This document shows positions 17,118 through 25,537 of a DNA stretch of 29,528 nt, one piece after another. The notes under the pieces are model-generated. The model was given only the letters and a program-made list of their open reading frames with translations. It searched no databases and was not told where the DNA came from. The translations under genes and the position numbers were made by a program. Position 1 is the first letter of the stretch. Each line of letters begins with the position of its first letter. The DNA lies in IMG/VR virus record IMGVR_UViG_3300023283_000064, positions 1 through 29,528 of that record; one strand, written 5' to 3'. The DNA comes from a virus. Its lineage: Duplodnaviria > Caudoviricetes.

Positions 17118-17338
17118 CTCGGTGCCCGCTAGATGAAATCCAGGACGGACCTGATGCCGTAGGCGTGCTGCAATCCTTGGCGATCGCGAGCGATTGGGAG
17201 GCCGGCATCCTTCCTGTGGCCGGCGGCCGGCAGGACCAGACCGAGTCAATTATCCGGGCCGTCCGGTATGTCATGGCCGAGAAAAGCCGAGTGCGCGAGG
17301 CAATAATCGAGCGAGACCGACGCAAGCAAAGCAGATAG
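16880..17338 (+). CDS. gpT-like -1 frame extension; joined to 16512..16880 gives a ~275-aa gpGT with a DnaJ-type zinc finger
   Basis: Manual translation KIRIAVERQFGIFCSECSNRCRDRPTESYGIEIVCVECDGDGKRECGSCGGREADTCIACGGRGEVECITCDGIGRHRLTRCP...GILPVAGGRQDQ...; ends 1 nt before the tape measure ATG. Confidence 0.82.
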   Translation, partial: KIRIAVERQFGIFCSECSNRCRDRPTESYGIEIVCVECDGDGKRECGSCGGREADTCIACGGRGEVECITCDGIGRHRLTRCPLDEIQDGPDAVGVLQSLAIASDWEAGILPVAGGRQDQTESIIRAVRYVMAEKSRVREAIIERDRRKQSR

Positions 17339-17339
17339 C

Positions 17340-19577
17340 ATGGCAGATCGACAGGTAAACATTGTCATAAGCGCTCGGGATCGTGCCTCCCGTGCATTGC
17401 GCAGGATCGGGCGTCAGGTTGATCGGTTTGGTCGGCGCGTGGCCGATACCGGTGCGCTGGTCGGCACAGCGATGAGCACCATTGGCGCGGCGGCCGGCGT
17501 GGGAATCGGCGCATCGGTCCGAGCGTTCGCGGATTTTGAACAAGAGATGGTTCGCGTTCAAGCGCTCATTCAGCCAACGTCCGAGCAGTTCCAGCGGCTC
17601 GAGGCTCGCGCGAGAGAGCTAGGGTCTGCTACTACTTTTTCAGCGACCCAGGCAGCCAGAGCGATGGCCGAATTCTCGAAGTCAGAATTTAGTGCCAATC
17701 AAATCCTTGCAGCGATAGTCCCCACGTTGGAGCTGGCTGAAGCCGGACAGCTTGATATCGCGCAAGCTGCATCGATCGCAAGTGCGTCAATGGAGCAATT
17801 CGGGATTGATGCGGCGGGCGTGCAGAATGTGAGTGACCAGCTCGCCAAGGGGGCCACCAGCGCCAGGACTACCGTTGACGAGCTAGGCCAGGCGCTATCT
17901 TTCGCCGGCGGGACTGCGGGGCAGGCGGGGGCGAACATCACAGAGACAATTGCCGCGCTGCAGGCGATGGCCCAAGCGAACGTAACCGGCACCCGTGCTG
18001 GCCGAGCGCTGCGACAGATGTTTTTGCGATTGGTGGCGCCGACAAAAGAAGGAGCCGAGGCGATGGACCGTCTCCGCGTCAGTGTCACTGATGTTGACGA
18101 CAACCTGCGGCCTTTGCGGGAGATCGTGGGAGATTTGAATGCGAGTCTCGAGGGATTGACGAAGCCAGAAAAAGTGGCGGCGCTAAAGAATATTTTCCCT
18201 GCTGAAGTGATCAGTGGCGCCCTGGCCGTGCTTTCTGCGGGGCAGCGCGGACTAGGAGAATTTGAGGCCGCGCTGCGGTCGGCAAGCGGCGAGTCCCGAC
18301 GTTTGGCTGATGCGTTTCGTGATTCTACCGCCGGTGGTTTCGCGATCATGCAATCGGCAATCACAGAGATGAAAATTGAGATTGGTCAGGAACTTGCTCC
18401 GGAGATGCGAGGTCTGGCGGACTTGGTGACGGAATCCCTCACCCCGGCGATTGCATCGTGGGCCACCGATACGGTGGAAGGCGCCAGGGTAGTGTCTGAT
18501 GCCTTGAAACGAGTGACGGGACCGGGCGAAACGCTGAGGACTCTGTTTGAGAATTTTGGTTCAGCGACGAATATCGGTCTGCAAGAGGTGCGACTGTTCG
18601 CAACGGAATCTTTAGACGAGCTGAAAGGATTTGCTGAGGACGTAACAGAAATTCCGACAGCAATCCAGGACGTGGTTACTACGATGTTCAGTAATATCGG
18701 CACGGTACTTCAAAATTTTATCACCGGTTTCCCTGAAATTGGCCGTAAGATTTTGGTGTTTTTTGGAGATCTGTTTTCAAAAATCCCTAAGCTAATTGGC
18801 GCGGCTCTATCTGGCAATCTTGAGAGAGAAATCAATAAGGCTCTGGTTGATATATCGCTTAAAAACCTCGAGTTGACTGGTCAAATTGTCGAAGACCTGA
18901 CAAAGGGAACGACGCCGATCACCCGTGATATACTGCCGGAGTTTGGCGATAACGCTCGAACAAGTCAGGATACACTTTTGGCCCGCGAAGCGGTTGAGCG
19001 TGCCCGTGAGCAATTCGAGGCAGACGTGAGAGCTTCCCAGCGTGAGCGCGAGCAACGAGAGCAGGAGCGCGAGGGCCAAGGGCGAGAGCGAGAACAACCA
19101 AGGCGGGATCGCAATGGCGGGAGCACGGACGTATTCCCATTCCTAGAGACTCTTACGAGTACGTTCAACCGTTTCGCGCGCCAATTATTTGGGCAAGAAG
19201 GGGGAGATTCTGCAGCTCGCGGTGGTCAGTCCGGATTGATTCAGTCTACCGGCGACTCTGGCCGGTTGGCGATCGCCGTTACGCTGCCACAAGCCGAGAC
19301 ATCCAGATTCTTGACAGGAGTTGCGGCCGCCGCTCGTGAACAGCAGACGACCGACCTCCGGCGTGCAGCCGAGAGCGTAACTGGTGCTGGGAGCGGCGGA
19401 TCGGGCGTGCAAGAACAGGAGCGGCGAGACATGACATCGTTGGCCAAAGCGGTGAGCGATATTGCAAAAAAACTCACTCCCATCGCTCAGCTCGATGATA
19501 TTGAGGCCACGACCGCAGATATTGAACGCAGCATTCGCCAGTCCCGAACAGCCAAAATCGGGGGGCTAATCTCGTGA
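17340..19577 (+). CDS. Tail tape measure protein, TP901 family
   Basis: 745 aa, Ala-rich helical; FEQEM.RV.A, ARELG..T.FSATQAA.AM and GTRAGRALRQMFLRL motifs. Confidence 0.92.
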   Translation: MADRQVNIVISARDRASRALRRIGRQVDRFGRRVADTGALVGTAMSTIGAAAGVGIGASVRAFADFEQEMVRVQALIQPTSEQFQRLEARARELGSATTFSATQAARAMAEFSKSEFSANQILAAIVPTLELAEAGQLDIAQAASIASASMEQFGIDAAGVQNVSDQLAKGATSARTTVDELGQALSFAGGTAGQAGANITETIAALQAMAQANVTGTRAGRALRQMFLRLVAPTKEGAEAMDRLRVSVTDVDDNLRPLREIVGDLNASLEGLTKPEKVAALKNIFPAEVISGALAVLSAGQRGLGEFEAALRSASGESRRLADAFRDSTAGGFAIMQSAITEMKIEIGQELAPEMRGLADLVTESLTPAIASWATDTVEGARVVSDALKRVTGPGETLRTLFENFGSATNIGLQEVRLFATESLDELKGFAEDVTEIPTAIQDVVTTMFSNIGTVLQNFITGFPEIGRKILVFFGDLFSKIPKLIGAALSGNLEREINKALVDISLKNLELTGQIVEDLTKGTTPITRDILPEFGDNARTSQDTLLAREAVERAREQFEADVRASQREREQREQEREGQGREREQPRRDRNGGSTDVFPFLETLTSTFNRFARQLFGQEGGDSAARGGQSGLIQSTGDSGRLAIAVTLPQAETSRFLTGVAAAAREQQTTDLRRAAESVTGAGSGGSGVQEQERRDMTSLAKAVSDIAKKLTPIAQLDDIEATTADIERSIRQSRTAKIGGLIS

Positions 19578-20569
19578 GTGTACGAGTCACCGAACGATGG
19601 AGCAATCGTCGGCTTTTTCGACGCGCTGACGGATCACGGGGTGCGCGCCGGGGATTTGACGTGACCGGCGTAAATGACGAGGACGATGCGCGTAACGCGA
19701 TTGACGATATCACCGGCCTGGCCGTGCCGTTGGTGGGTGACTTGCATCCGCTGGGGGGCGAGATGCGCGTGGCCGGAATCGACGTTGAGCGCCGATCGGC
19801 GGGAAGACATTTCCGGGTGAGCGCGGAATATGATCGGGAAACCACCGCCGGCTCAGATTCGAGCTCGGGTTCAGATGATCCCCTCGACGAGCCGCCGACG
19901 TGGGATTGGAGATTCGGTCAACAGCAAGCTACAGTCGATCGTGACGCCAACGGGAACCCGATTTTGATGAGCAATCTTCAGCCGCCCGCATCAGGCGTCA
20001 CCGAAGAATCGCCAACGTTTGCCTTGGTACTCGTAAAAAATCAGCCGCTCTTCGACCCGTCGCAGGCGAAAGATTTCCATCTCGCAATTAATACTGACCA
20101 GTTAATCATCGCAGGGCAGAACATCGCAGCCCCGGGAACAGCTCGGCTGCGAGGCATGCGACCCACGGGACCGATCGACCTGACCGAATCATTTGTGCCC
20201 GTGGCCTACGAGTTTGTGTTTCGCGAACCTGAGGCCGGCCAGCCCGCGGGTGCCAGCCCGTTTTTCCATCGACTGCGCGACGAGGGCACGGTTGTGCGCG
20301 TGAACGATCATCCTAAAGACACGGAATCCGACCAGGTGCCTGTTGCGCTGTACGACGCAGATCAACGAGAGGCGAGCGAGCCGGTACTCCTCGACGGTGA
20401 CGGGAAGCCGTTAAACGACAAATGGCAAGCGGGGTTGAGCGATTACACGATAGTCTCACAGGGACTTCCTCCAGGCGCAATTCTCGAAGATGGAAAAGAC
20501 GCTAAATATCTTTGGTATCGTGGCAAATTCATGAAGGCTCGACAATTTTCTAATCTGGGGCTCAGCTAA
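19574..20569 (+). CDS. Putative distal tail / tail-tip protein
   Basis: 331 aa directly after the tape measure with GTGA overlap; assignment by synteny. Confidence 0.55.
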   Translation: MSVRVTERWSNRRLFRRADGSRGARRGFDVTGVNDEDDARNAIDDITGLAVPLVGDLHPLGGEMRVAGIDVERRSAGRHFRVSAEYDRETTAGSDSSSGSDDPLDEPPTWDWRFGQQQATVDRDANGNPILMSNLQPPASGVTEESPTFALVLVKNQPLFDPSQAKDFHLAINTDQLIIAGQNIAAPGTARLRGMRPTGPIDLTESFVPVAYEFVFREPEAGQPAGASPFFHRLRDEGTVVRVNDHPKDTESDQVPVALYDADQREASEPVLLDGDGKPLNDKWQAGLSDYTIVSQGLPPGAILEDGKDAKYLWYRGKFMKARQFSNLGLS

Positions 20570-21930
20570 TGTCAGACCGTGATCCTTATGTGATGAGCGA
20601 AGGCGAGGCGCGCACTCTACAGCAGTTATTGCGTAAATCTGCGCCGTTTCTCGGTGGCGATACATTTGGTCATTCGTCATCTTCGCATCGCGCTTTCCCT
20701 GCTAGGGTCAAGTCGATCGAGACAGGAAAAGGAGCTCCGAATATTGACGAAGAAGGGACCTTGGAAATGGGCGGCGATGGTGAGCCGGTACGAGATGAGG
20801 CAGACTATTTGGTTTGCCGGCAGGTAGATCTAGAAAAACAGACGGACCAAACCGGAGATATCACCGTTGCTCCGGCATTCGGTGGTTCGGCCGGTGATTA
20901 TGCTGTTGGTGATGATGTCATGATTCTTCATGGTGTGACTGGATGGCGCGATTTAGACGGCAAGCCTGTAATGCATAGGGAAGTGGGACGAGCATCTTCT
21001 TCGGGATTGATTATGGGGAAACTCGCAAATATCAGTTTTTCTTCGGGAACCAATCCCGACGGAGATCCAGAAAAATTTTTAAATGTAAACGGATGGGATC
21101 CTACGACCCAGGGCTTTAACGGGACTAGTTTTAGGGCGGCACCCATGCTGGGCACAAGTGCCACAGAAGAACTATATTACAAAGAGGACGAGTTATTCTT
21201 TTTTCAGTCTTTTGCGACTGGGTGGCTTGATGATAATGATGATCCGATTAATCATATAGTCACCGGTGGCGCAACCGTCGAGAGGCAACTATTTCCAGCA
21301 AATAGATATAGCGGCTCATCGCCATTTATCGTCCCCGACAATGTGACCCTGCTGATGATAATTGCTCACGGTGCGGGCGGTGGCGGCGCAGCGTCGCAAG
21401 ACAACGAGGAGGTGTCATTTCAAGACTCAACTGGAGGAGAGGTGATTTTGAACACCAGAGGGGCTGGGGGTGGCGGGGGCGGACAAGGCGGGAAGGTTGT
21501 TGCAATCGCCAGAGTATTCCCGGGGCAAGAATTCAATTTTACAATCGGCGTGGGTGGCTTGGGAGGTTCCAAAAACCCACCCGATAATCCGGATGACGGC
21601 TCTGATACCAATGTCGATGCTGTAATAGATGGTGTTGGAAATAATATTCAAATATTGGCTAGGGGAGGCGATGGTGGCAGAATCGGTGAAGGTGGAGATG
21701 GCGCAGGTTTTGGCTTGTCCAATGGTACCACATTATTGATAGAGAACAATTGGGGGGGCATGGGTGGGCAGGACGGTTCGCAAACAAGTCTTGAAATTTT
21801 AGGAAACGGCACTCACTTGGGTCGCGGCGGAGGAGTTGTTAATCGCATAAAGAATACGGGAAAGGGAGGCGATGGTGGTGTTTCTTTTGGAGAAAATGGA
21901 GAAGACGGTAGTGTTGAATTCATCTGGTAA
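20569..21930 (+). CDS. Tail-tip / receptor-binding protein with glycine-rich C-terminal domain
   Basis: TAATG coupling; F.VP..VT.L.I.A.GAGGGG, GGGGGGQGG, VFPGQ...TIG.GG.GG and G.DGSV pattern of phage Gly-rich tail domains; lower GC. Confidence 0.7.
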   Translation: MSDRDPYVMSEGEARTLQQLLRKSAPFLGGDTFGHSSSSHRAFPARVKSIETGKGAPNIDEEGTLEMGGDGEPVRDEADYLVCRQVDLEKQTDQTGDITVAPAFGGSAGDYAVGDDVMILHGVTGWRDLDGKPVMHREVGRASSSGLIMGKLANISFSSGTNPDGDPEKFLNVNGWDPTTQGFNGTSFRAAPMLGTSATEELYYKEDELFFFQSFATGWLDDNDDPINHIVTGGATVERQLFPANRYSGSSPFIVPDNVTLLMIIAHGAGGGGAASQDNEEVSFQDSTGGEVILNTRGAGGGGGGQGGKVVAIARVFPGQEFNFTIGVGGLGGSKNPPDNPDDGSDTNVDAVIDGVGNNIQILARGGDGGRIGEGGDGAGFGLSNGTTLLIENNWGGMGGQDGSQTSLEILGNGTHLGRGGGVVNRIKNTGKGGDGGVSFGENGEDGSVEFIW

Positions 21931-21948
21931 AAACAAACGGAGCTTGAT

Positions 21949-23211
21949 ATGTCGCAGCGAACATGGAAAGGCGGCGCCACCGCCGTCGCACAAGTTGAAA
22001 CCTTCACGCCTGCCAACGTCGAAATCGGCGATGAATTCGACATCCAACTCACGGACGATGCAGGCAATGATCACACGATCAGCTACACCGCGACCGCCGC
22101 GACAGTGCAGGACGTAGTGGAGGGCCTGAAAGCCGCGGCCGACGCTGCATCCACCGCCGGCTCCGCGCCGTGGGACAGTGTGACCGCCACCGAGGATGAC
22201 GCGAAACTCACGCTCACGGCCAATACTGCCGGAGTCCCGTTCTTCTCCGCGCCCTCGACGACCGATGGCGGCGGCACCGACGACCAAACGCTCACCGAGG
22301 CAACGATCACGGCGAGCGCCGGGCCGAACGACTGGAACACGGCCGCCAACTGGACAGGCGCGGCGGTGCCCGTGGGCGCCGATGACGTAGACTTCGATGG
22401 CGCTATCGGTACCTCTGACGTGTCGTACGGACTCGACCAGTCGGCGATTACCCTCGGGTTGCTGACTGTGTCAGCCAGCTACTCCGGAAAGATCGGCCAG
22501 GCTAACGCCTCGCTCCAGCTGGAGAGCGCGACCACTGGCGCCTCGATCGGTCGGCGGGGCACCGGCGATAATGATCAAGCGAGTGCGCGAATCAACATTA
22601 ATTTCACTGGCGGCTCAAATCCCACTGATGTCATCGTACATCGGACGCGTGACCGGTCGGCAGACGCTGGCTTACCCGCCGCGCGGCTGGTGCTCGGCAA
22701 CGCGAGCTCGACGCTCCGTGTCCTGGGAGGCGACGTCGGTCTCGGCGTCTCAACTCCGGGCGAGACGACTAACTGCGATGAGCTCGACGTCTCGGCCGGC
22801 ACCGTGTTCATCGGCACCGGGGCCACGATCGGGACCCGGATCACTGTCTCCGGCGGCCGTTTGACCAATCTGGGCAGTGCAAGCCCCGAAACGATCGTCA
22901 CCGGCGGCACTTACGTCGCTCTGGGCAGCGGGACCCATACCACGCTCGAAGTACAGGGCGGGAAATGCGAATACCTGAGCGATGGCACGATCACCACGCT
23001 CGACGTCTCAGGCGAGTGGACTACGGCGCAAGATCCACGAGCCAAGATCGTGAGCAATGCAATTCTCCGATCAGGTGGCTCAATCCGGGCAAATACCGGC
23101 AATCCGCTAAGCGTCACTTGGTCAAACGGTATCGACCTCGAGCAATCCAGTCTCACCGACGTCACGCTTGAGATCGGCAGCAACCTGACTGTTACGCCGT
23201 CTGCCATTTGA
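21949..23211 (+). CDS. Putative tail spike / adhesin-like virion protein
   Basis: GGAG RBS; Thr/Gly/Ala-rich; NDWNTAANWTGAAVPVGADDV motif followed by short beta repeats (TVSGG, IVTGG, EVQGG) suggesting a beta-helix. Confidence 0.6.
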   Translation: MSQRTWKGGATAVAQVETFTPANVEIGDEFDIQLTDDAGNDHTISYTATAATVQDVVEGLKAAADAASTAGSAPWDSVTATEDDAKLTLTANTAGVPFFSAPSTTDGGGTDDQTLTEATITASAGPNDWNTAANWTGAAVPVGADDVDFDGAIGTSDVSYGLDQSAITLGLLTVSASYSGKIGQANASLQLESATTGASIGRRGTGDNDQASARININFTGGSNPTDVIVHRTRDRSADAGLPAARLVLGNASSTLRVLGGDVGLGVSTPGETTNCDELDVSAGTVFIGTGATIGTRITVSGGRLTNLGSASPETIVTGGTYVALGSGTHTTLEVQGGKCEYLSDGTITTLDVSGEWTTAQDPRAKIVSNAILRSGGSIRANTGNPLSVTWSNGIDLEQSSLTDVTLEIGSNLTVTPSAI

Positions 23212-23219
23212 TTTTGACA

Positions 23220-23248
23220 TTGACTCGATCCCCGCTACGTGTTAACCT
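23220..23248 (+). promoter_or_regulatory. Sigma70-type promoter (extended -10), leaderless
   Basis: TTGACT (23220-25), 17 nt, TG-n-TAACCT (23243-48); ATG 23255 is 7 nt downstream, no RBS. Confidence 0.65.
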
Positions 23249-23254
23249 ACCCGC

Positions 23255-23473
23255 ATGAACCCAGACGACCTCCAGACCGGCCCGGCGATCGCTGCGGAGC
23301 TTGGCGTCACCGTCTACCGCGTGCGATACGCGATTGAGAGCCGGGGGATCAAGCCGGTGATTGACACAGGGGCGCACCACCTGTACGGCCCGGCCGAGCA
23401 GCGGGCGATCCGTCGAGCGCTGGCCGAGACGGCGAAGAATCCGGCTCCGGGCCGCCGCATCGCTACCGCGTGA
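23255..23473 (+). CDS. Small HTH DNA-binding protein (Cro/Xis/MerR-like)
   Basis: TGPAIAAELGVTVYRVRYAI HTH pattern followed by a wing-like IKP..DTGAHHLY. Confidence 0.72.
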   Translation: MNPDDLQTGPAIAAELGVTVYRVRYAIESRGIKPVIDTGAHHLYGPAEQRAIRRALAETAKNPAPGRRIATA

Positions 23474-23503
23474 ACGAGCGCTTAAGCGGATGCCATTTGC
23501 CGC

Positions 23504-23532
23504 TTGACTCGTTCGCACCCATGCGTTATCCT
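23504..23532 (+). promoter_or_regulatory. Sigma70-type promoter for the early recombination operon
   Basis: TTGACT (23504-09), 17 nt, TATCCT (23527-32); the -35 lies within an inverted repeat at 23472-23514. Confidence 0.65.
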
Positions 23533-23572
23533 GCTCCGTGATTGAATCACCACCCGACAGAAGGAGAAAGGG

Positions 23573-23824
23573 ATGAAGACGGAAACCTCCACTGAAAAAA
23601 TCAGAAGCGCCTGCCGAGAGCATGGGCGCCAGCGCATGATACGCGCTATCGACCAGATCGAGTCCAGAGCTCGTGAGAGCAATCAGCCGTTGGTTCGCCT
23701 CGGCCCGGGCGCCGATTATGAGCGACGGATCGATCCCGATGCAGCCACGTGTTCGATCGACTGGATCAACGTAACGATTGGAATCGGACTGTTTTTATTG
23801 GGTATCGCCGCGTGGGCATACTAG
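23573..23824 (+). CDS. Small C-terminally anchored membrane protein; paralog of 1276..1416
   Basis: AAGGAG RBS; GPGADYERRI...IDWINVTIGIGLFLLGIAAWAY. Confidence 0.75.
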   Translation: MKTETSTEKIRSACREHGRQRMIRAIDQIESRARESNQPLVRLGPGADYERRIDPDAATCSIDWINVTIGIGLFLLGIAAWAY

Positions 23825-23852
23825 TTCGTTATTTAAATTTTGGGAGAATACC

Positions 23853-24371
23853 ATGGCAACACTTCTAGACATTTCTGATGATATGAAAGCGCTGGATGAT
23901 TTGCTGTTCGAAGCCGGTGGGGATATCACTGATCCGGAAGTCGAAACGGCCATTGACGACTGGATGGATAGCCTCGACGACAATTTTAAAGCCAAGGTAG
24001 ACAACTACGCGGCTTTGATTACGGAGATCGAGGCTCGATCCGCCGCGCGAAAAGCCGAGGCCGAACGGTTGCGAGACCGCGCGAAGATCGACGCCAACAC
24101 GGCTGAAAGTCTTAAGGCGCAGCTCGAATACGTTTTCGAGCAAAGGCAAATCAAAAAGATTGAGACTAAACGTTATACAATCGGCTTGCGCAAGCACGGA
24201 GGAAAGCTTCCGCTCGATCTAGACGACGTGCGACCCGACGAACTCTCGCCGCGATTTCAGCGCGTCCAAATAGACGTGGACCGAACCGCAATCCGCGAGG
24301 CGCTGGAAGCCGGCGAGGAGCTCAAATTTGCTCGGCTCGGTGAAAGGGGCCAGTCGCTGTCCATCCGCTGA
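23853..24371 (+). CDS. Siphovirus Gp157-family protein
   Basis: GGGAG RBS, ATG 23853; KVDNYA.LI, KAEAERL, KKIET..YTI..RK, DR.AIREAL.AG, and C-terminal SLSIR motifs. Confidence 0.88.
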   Translation: MATLLDISDDMKALDDLLFEAGGDITDPEVETAIDDWMDSLDDNFKAKVDNYAALITEIEARSAARKAEAERLRDRAKIDANTAESLKAQLEYVFEQRQIKKIETKRYTIGLRKHGGKLPLDLDDVRPDELSPRFQRVQIDVDRTAIREALEAGEELKFARLGERGQSLSIR

Positions 24372-24402
24372 CCCCGATCACGGAAACCCGAAGGAGATCA
24401 CG

Positions 24403-25536
24403 ATGACCGAGACCACCGAAACAACTGCCGTCGCCACGATCGACGCCAGGCCCGAAGCGCGGACGCTGACGCCGGAGGACGTGCATCACGACGTACAGCT
24501 CGTGCAGCACGTCATGAAGGACGTGATGCAGGACGGCACCCACTACGGCAAGGTGCCCGGATGCGGCGACAAACCGACGTTGCTCAAGCCGGGCGCCGAG
24601 AAATTGGCCATGACATTCCGCCTGGCCCCCCGATACGAGATCGAGCGCATCGACTTGGATGGGGGACACCGGGAATACCTGGTGTCTTGTCGTCTCGAAC
24701 ACGGACCGAGCGGGACGTTCATCGGCGAGGGACTCGGTAGCTGTTCATCGATGGAAAAAAAGTATCGATACCGCCAGACACAGTTGGCGTGCCCCCAGTG
24801 TGGAGAGGCGGCCGTCATCCGAGGAAAAAAAGAGTACGGCGGCGGCTGGCTCTGTTGGACGAAAAAGGGCGGGTGCAATGCTAAGTGGCCCGACGGCGCC
24901 GCCGAGATCGAAGACCAGCAGCAGGGCGACGTTGAAAACCCCGACATCGCCGACACATTTAACACCGTCCTGAAAATGGCGAAAAAAAGAGCCCTGGTGG
25001 ATGCAGTGCTCACGGCGACGGCGGCCAGCGACCTGTTTACGCAGGACATTGAAGACATGGATTTTGGTGGTCCGGTCAACAGCCCGCCGGCGAGCGCCAC
25101 GCCGCCACAACAACGACCCCGCCGCAACGACCGCGCCGCCATCTGGCAGGCGATGCAGTCTCGGGGCATCAGTCCGCCTGCGGCAAAGAAGCTCTTCGCT
25201 CAATGGCTGAGCGAGCAGAAAGCGGAGGATTTGAACAATACCACGCCAGAACAGCGCATTTCGTGGATCGAACAAATTGAAGCCGGCAGCTACGATTTTG
25301 CAGCCAAGCAGGTATATATCGAAGACGACAAACCGAATCAAATCACACGTGAACAGATTTTCGCCGCAATGAAAGCGCGAGGACTCAGCAAGCATTTTAT
25401 GGGCGAACTTATGAAAGCGGTGATGCACGACCTGGAGGCTGAAAGTTTCGCGGACGTTCCGCACGAGGCCCGGCAGCAGCTTCTCGATGAGCTGGCGGCC
25501 GGAAAGTATGATTACAACAAAACGGAGATCGAGTAA
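24403..25536 (+). CDS. Putative single-strand annealing recombinase with Zn-finger insert and C-terminal tandem repeats
   Basis: AAGGAG RBS; HYGKVPG..KPTLLKPGAEKL and NTVLKMAKKRALVDAVL...SDLFTQD; located between Gp157 and SSB. Confidence 0.7.
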   Translation: MTETTETTAVATIDARPEARTLTPEDVHHDVQLVQHVMKDVMQDGTHYGKVPGCGDKPTLLKPGAEKLAMTFRLAPRYEIERIDLDGGHREYLVSCRLEHGPSGTFIGEGLGSCSSMEKKYRYRQTQLACPQCGEAAVIRGKKEYGGGWLCWTKKGGCNAKWPDGAAEIEDQQQGDVENPDIADTFNTVLKMAKKRALVDAVLTATAASDLFTQDIEDMDFGGPVNSPPASATPPQQRPRRNDRAAIWQAMQSRGISPPAAKKLFAQWLSEQKAEDLNNTTPEQRISWIEQIEAGSYDFAAKQVYIEDDKPNQITREQIFAAMKARGLSKHFMGELMKAVMHDLEAESFADVPHEARQQLLDELAAGKYDYNKTEIE

Positions 25537-25537
25537 C

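Noticed and set aside
16867-17136. +1-frame ORF across the A9 run as the frameshift product
   Set aside because: Arg-rich, motif-free and stops at 17136; the -1 frame has motifs and reaches the tape measure
17114-17338. Stand-alone 74-aa gene
   Set aside because: TTG start without a clear RBS; better explained as the 3' end of the -1 frameshift extension
19040-19110. GAGCG(C/T/A)GA repeats in the tape measure gene
   Set aside because: Encode a charged low-complexity QRERE stretch; no sign of an independent DNA element
1314-23731. 19-nt direct repeat as attL/attR
   Set aside because: Phage genes continue on both outer sides, there is no adjacent integrase, and both copies lie in paralogous ORFs; kept only as a repeat finding
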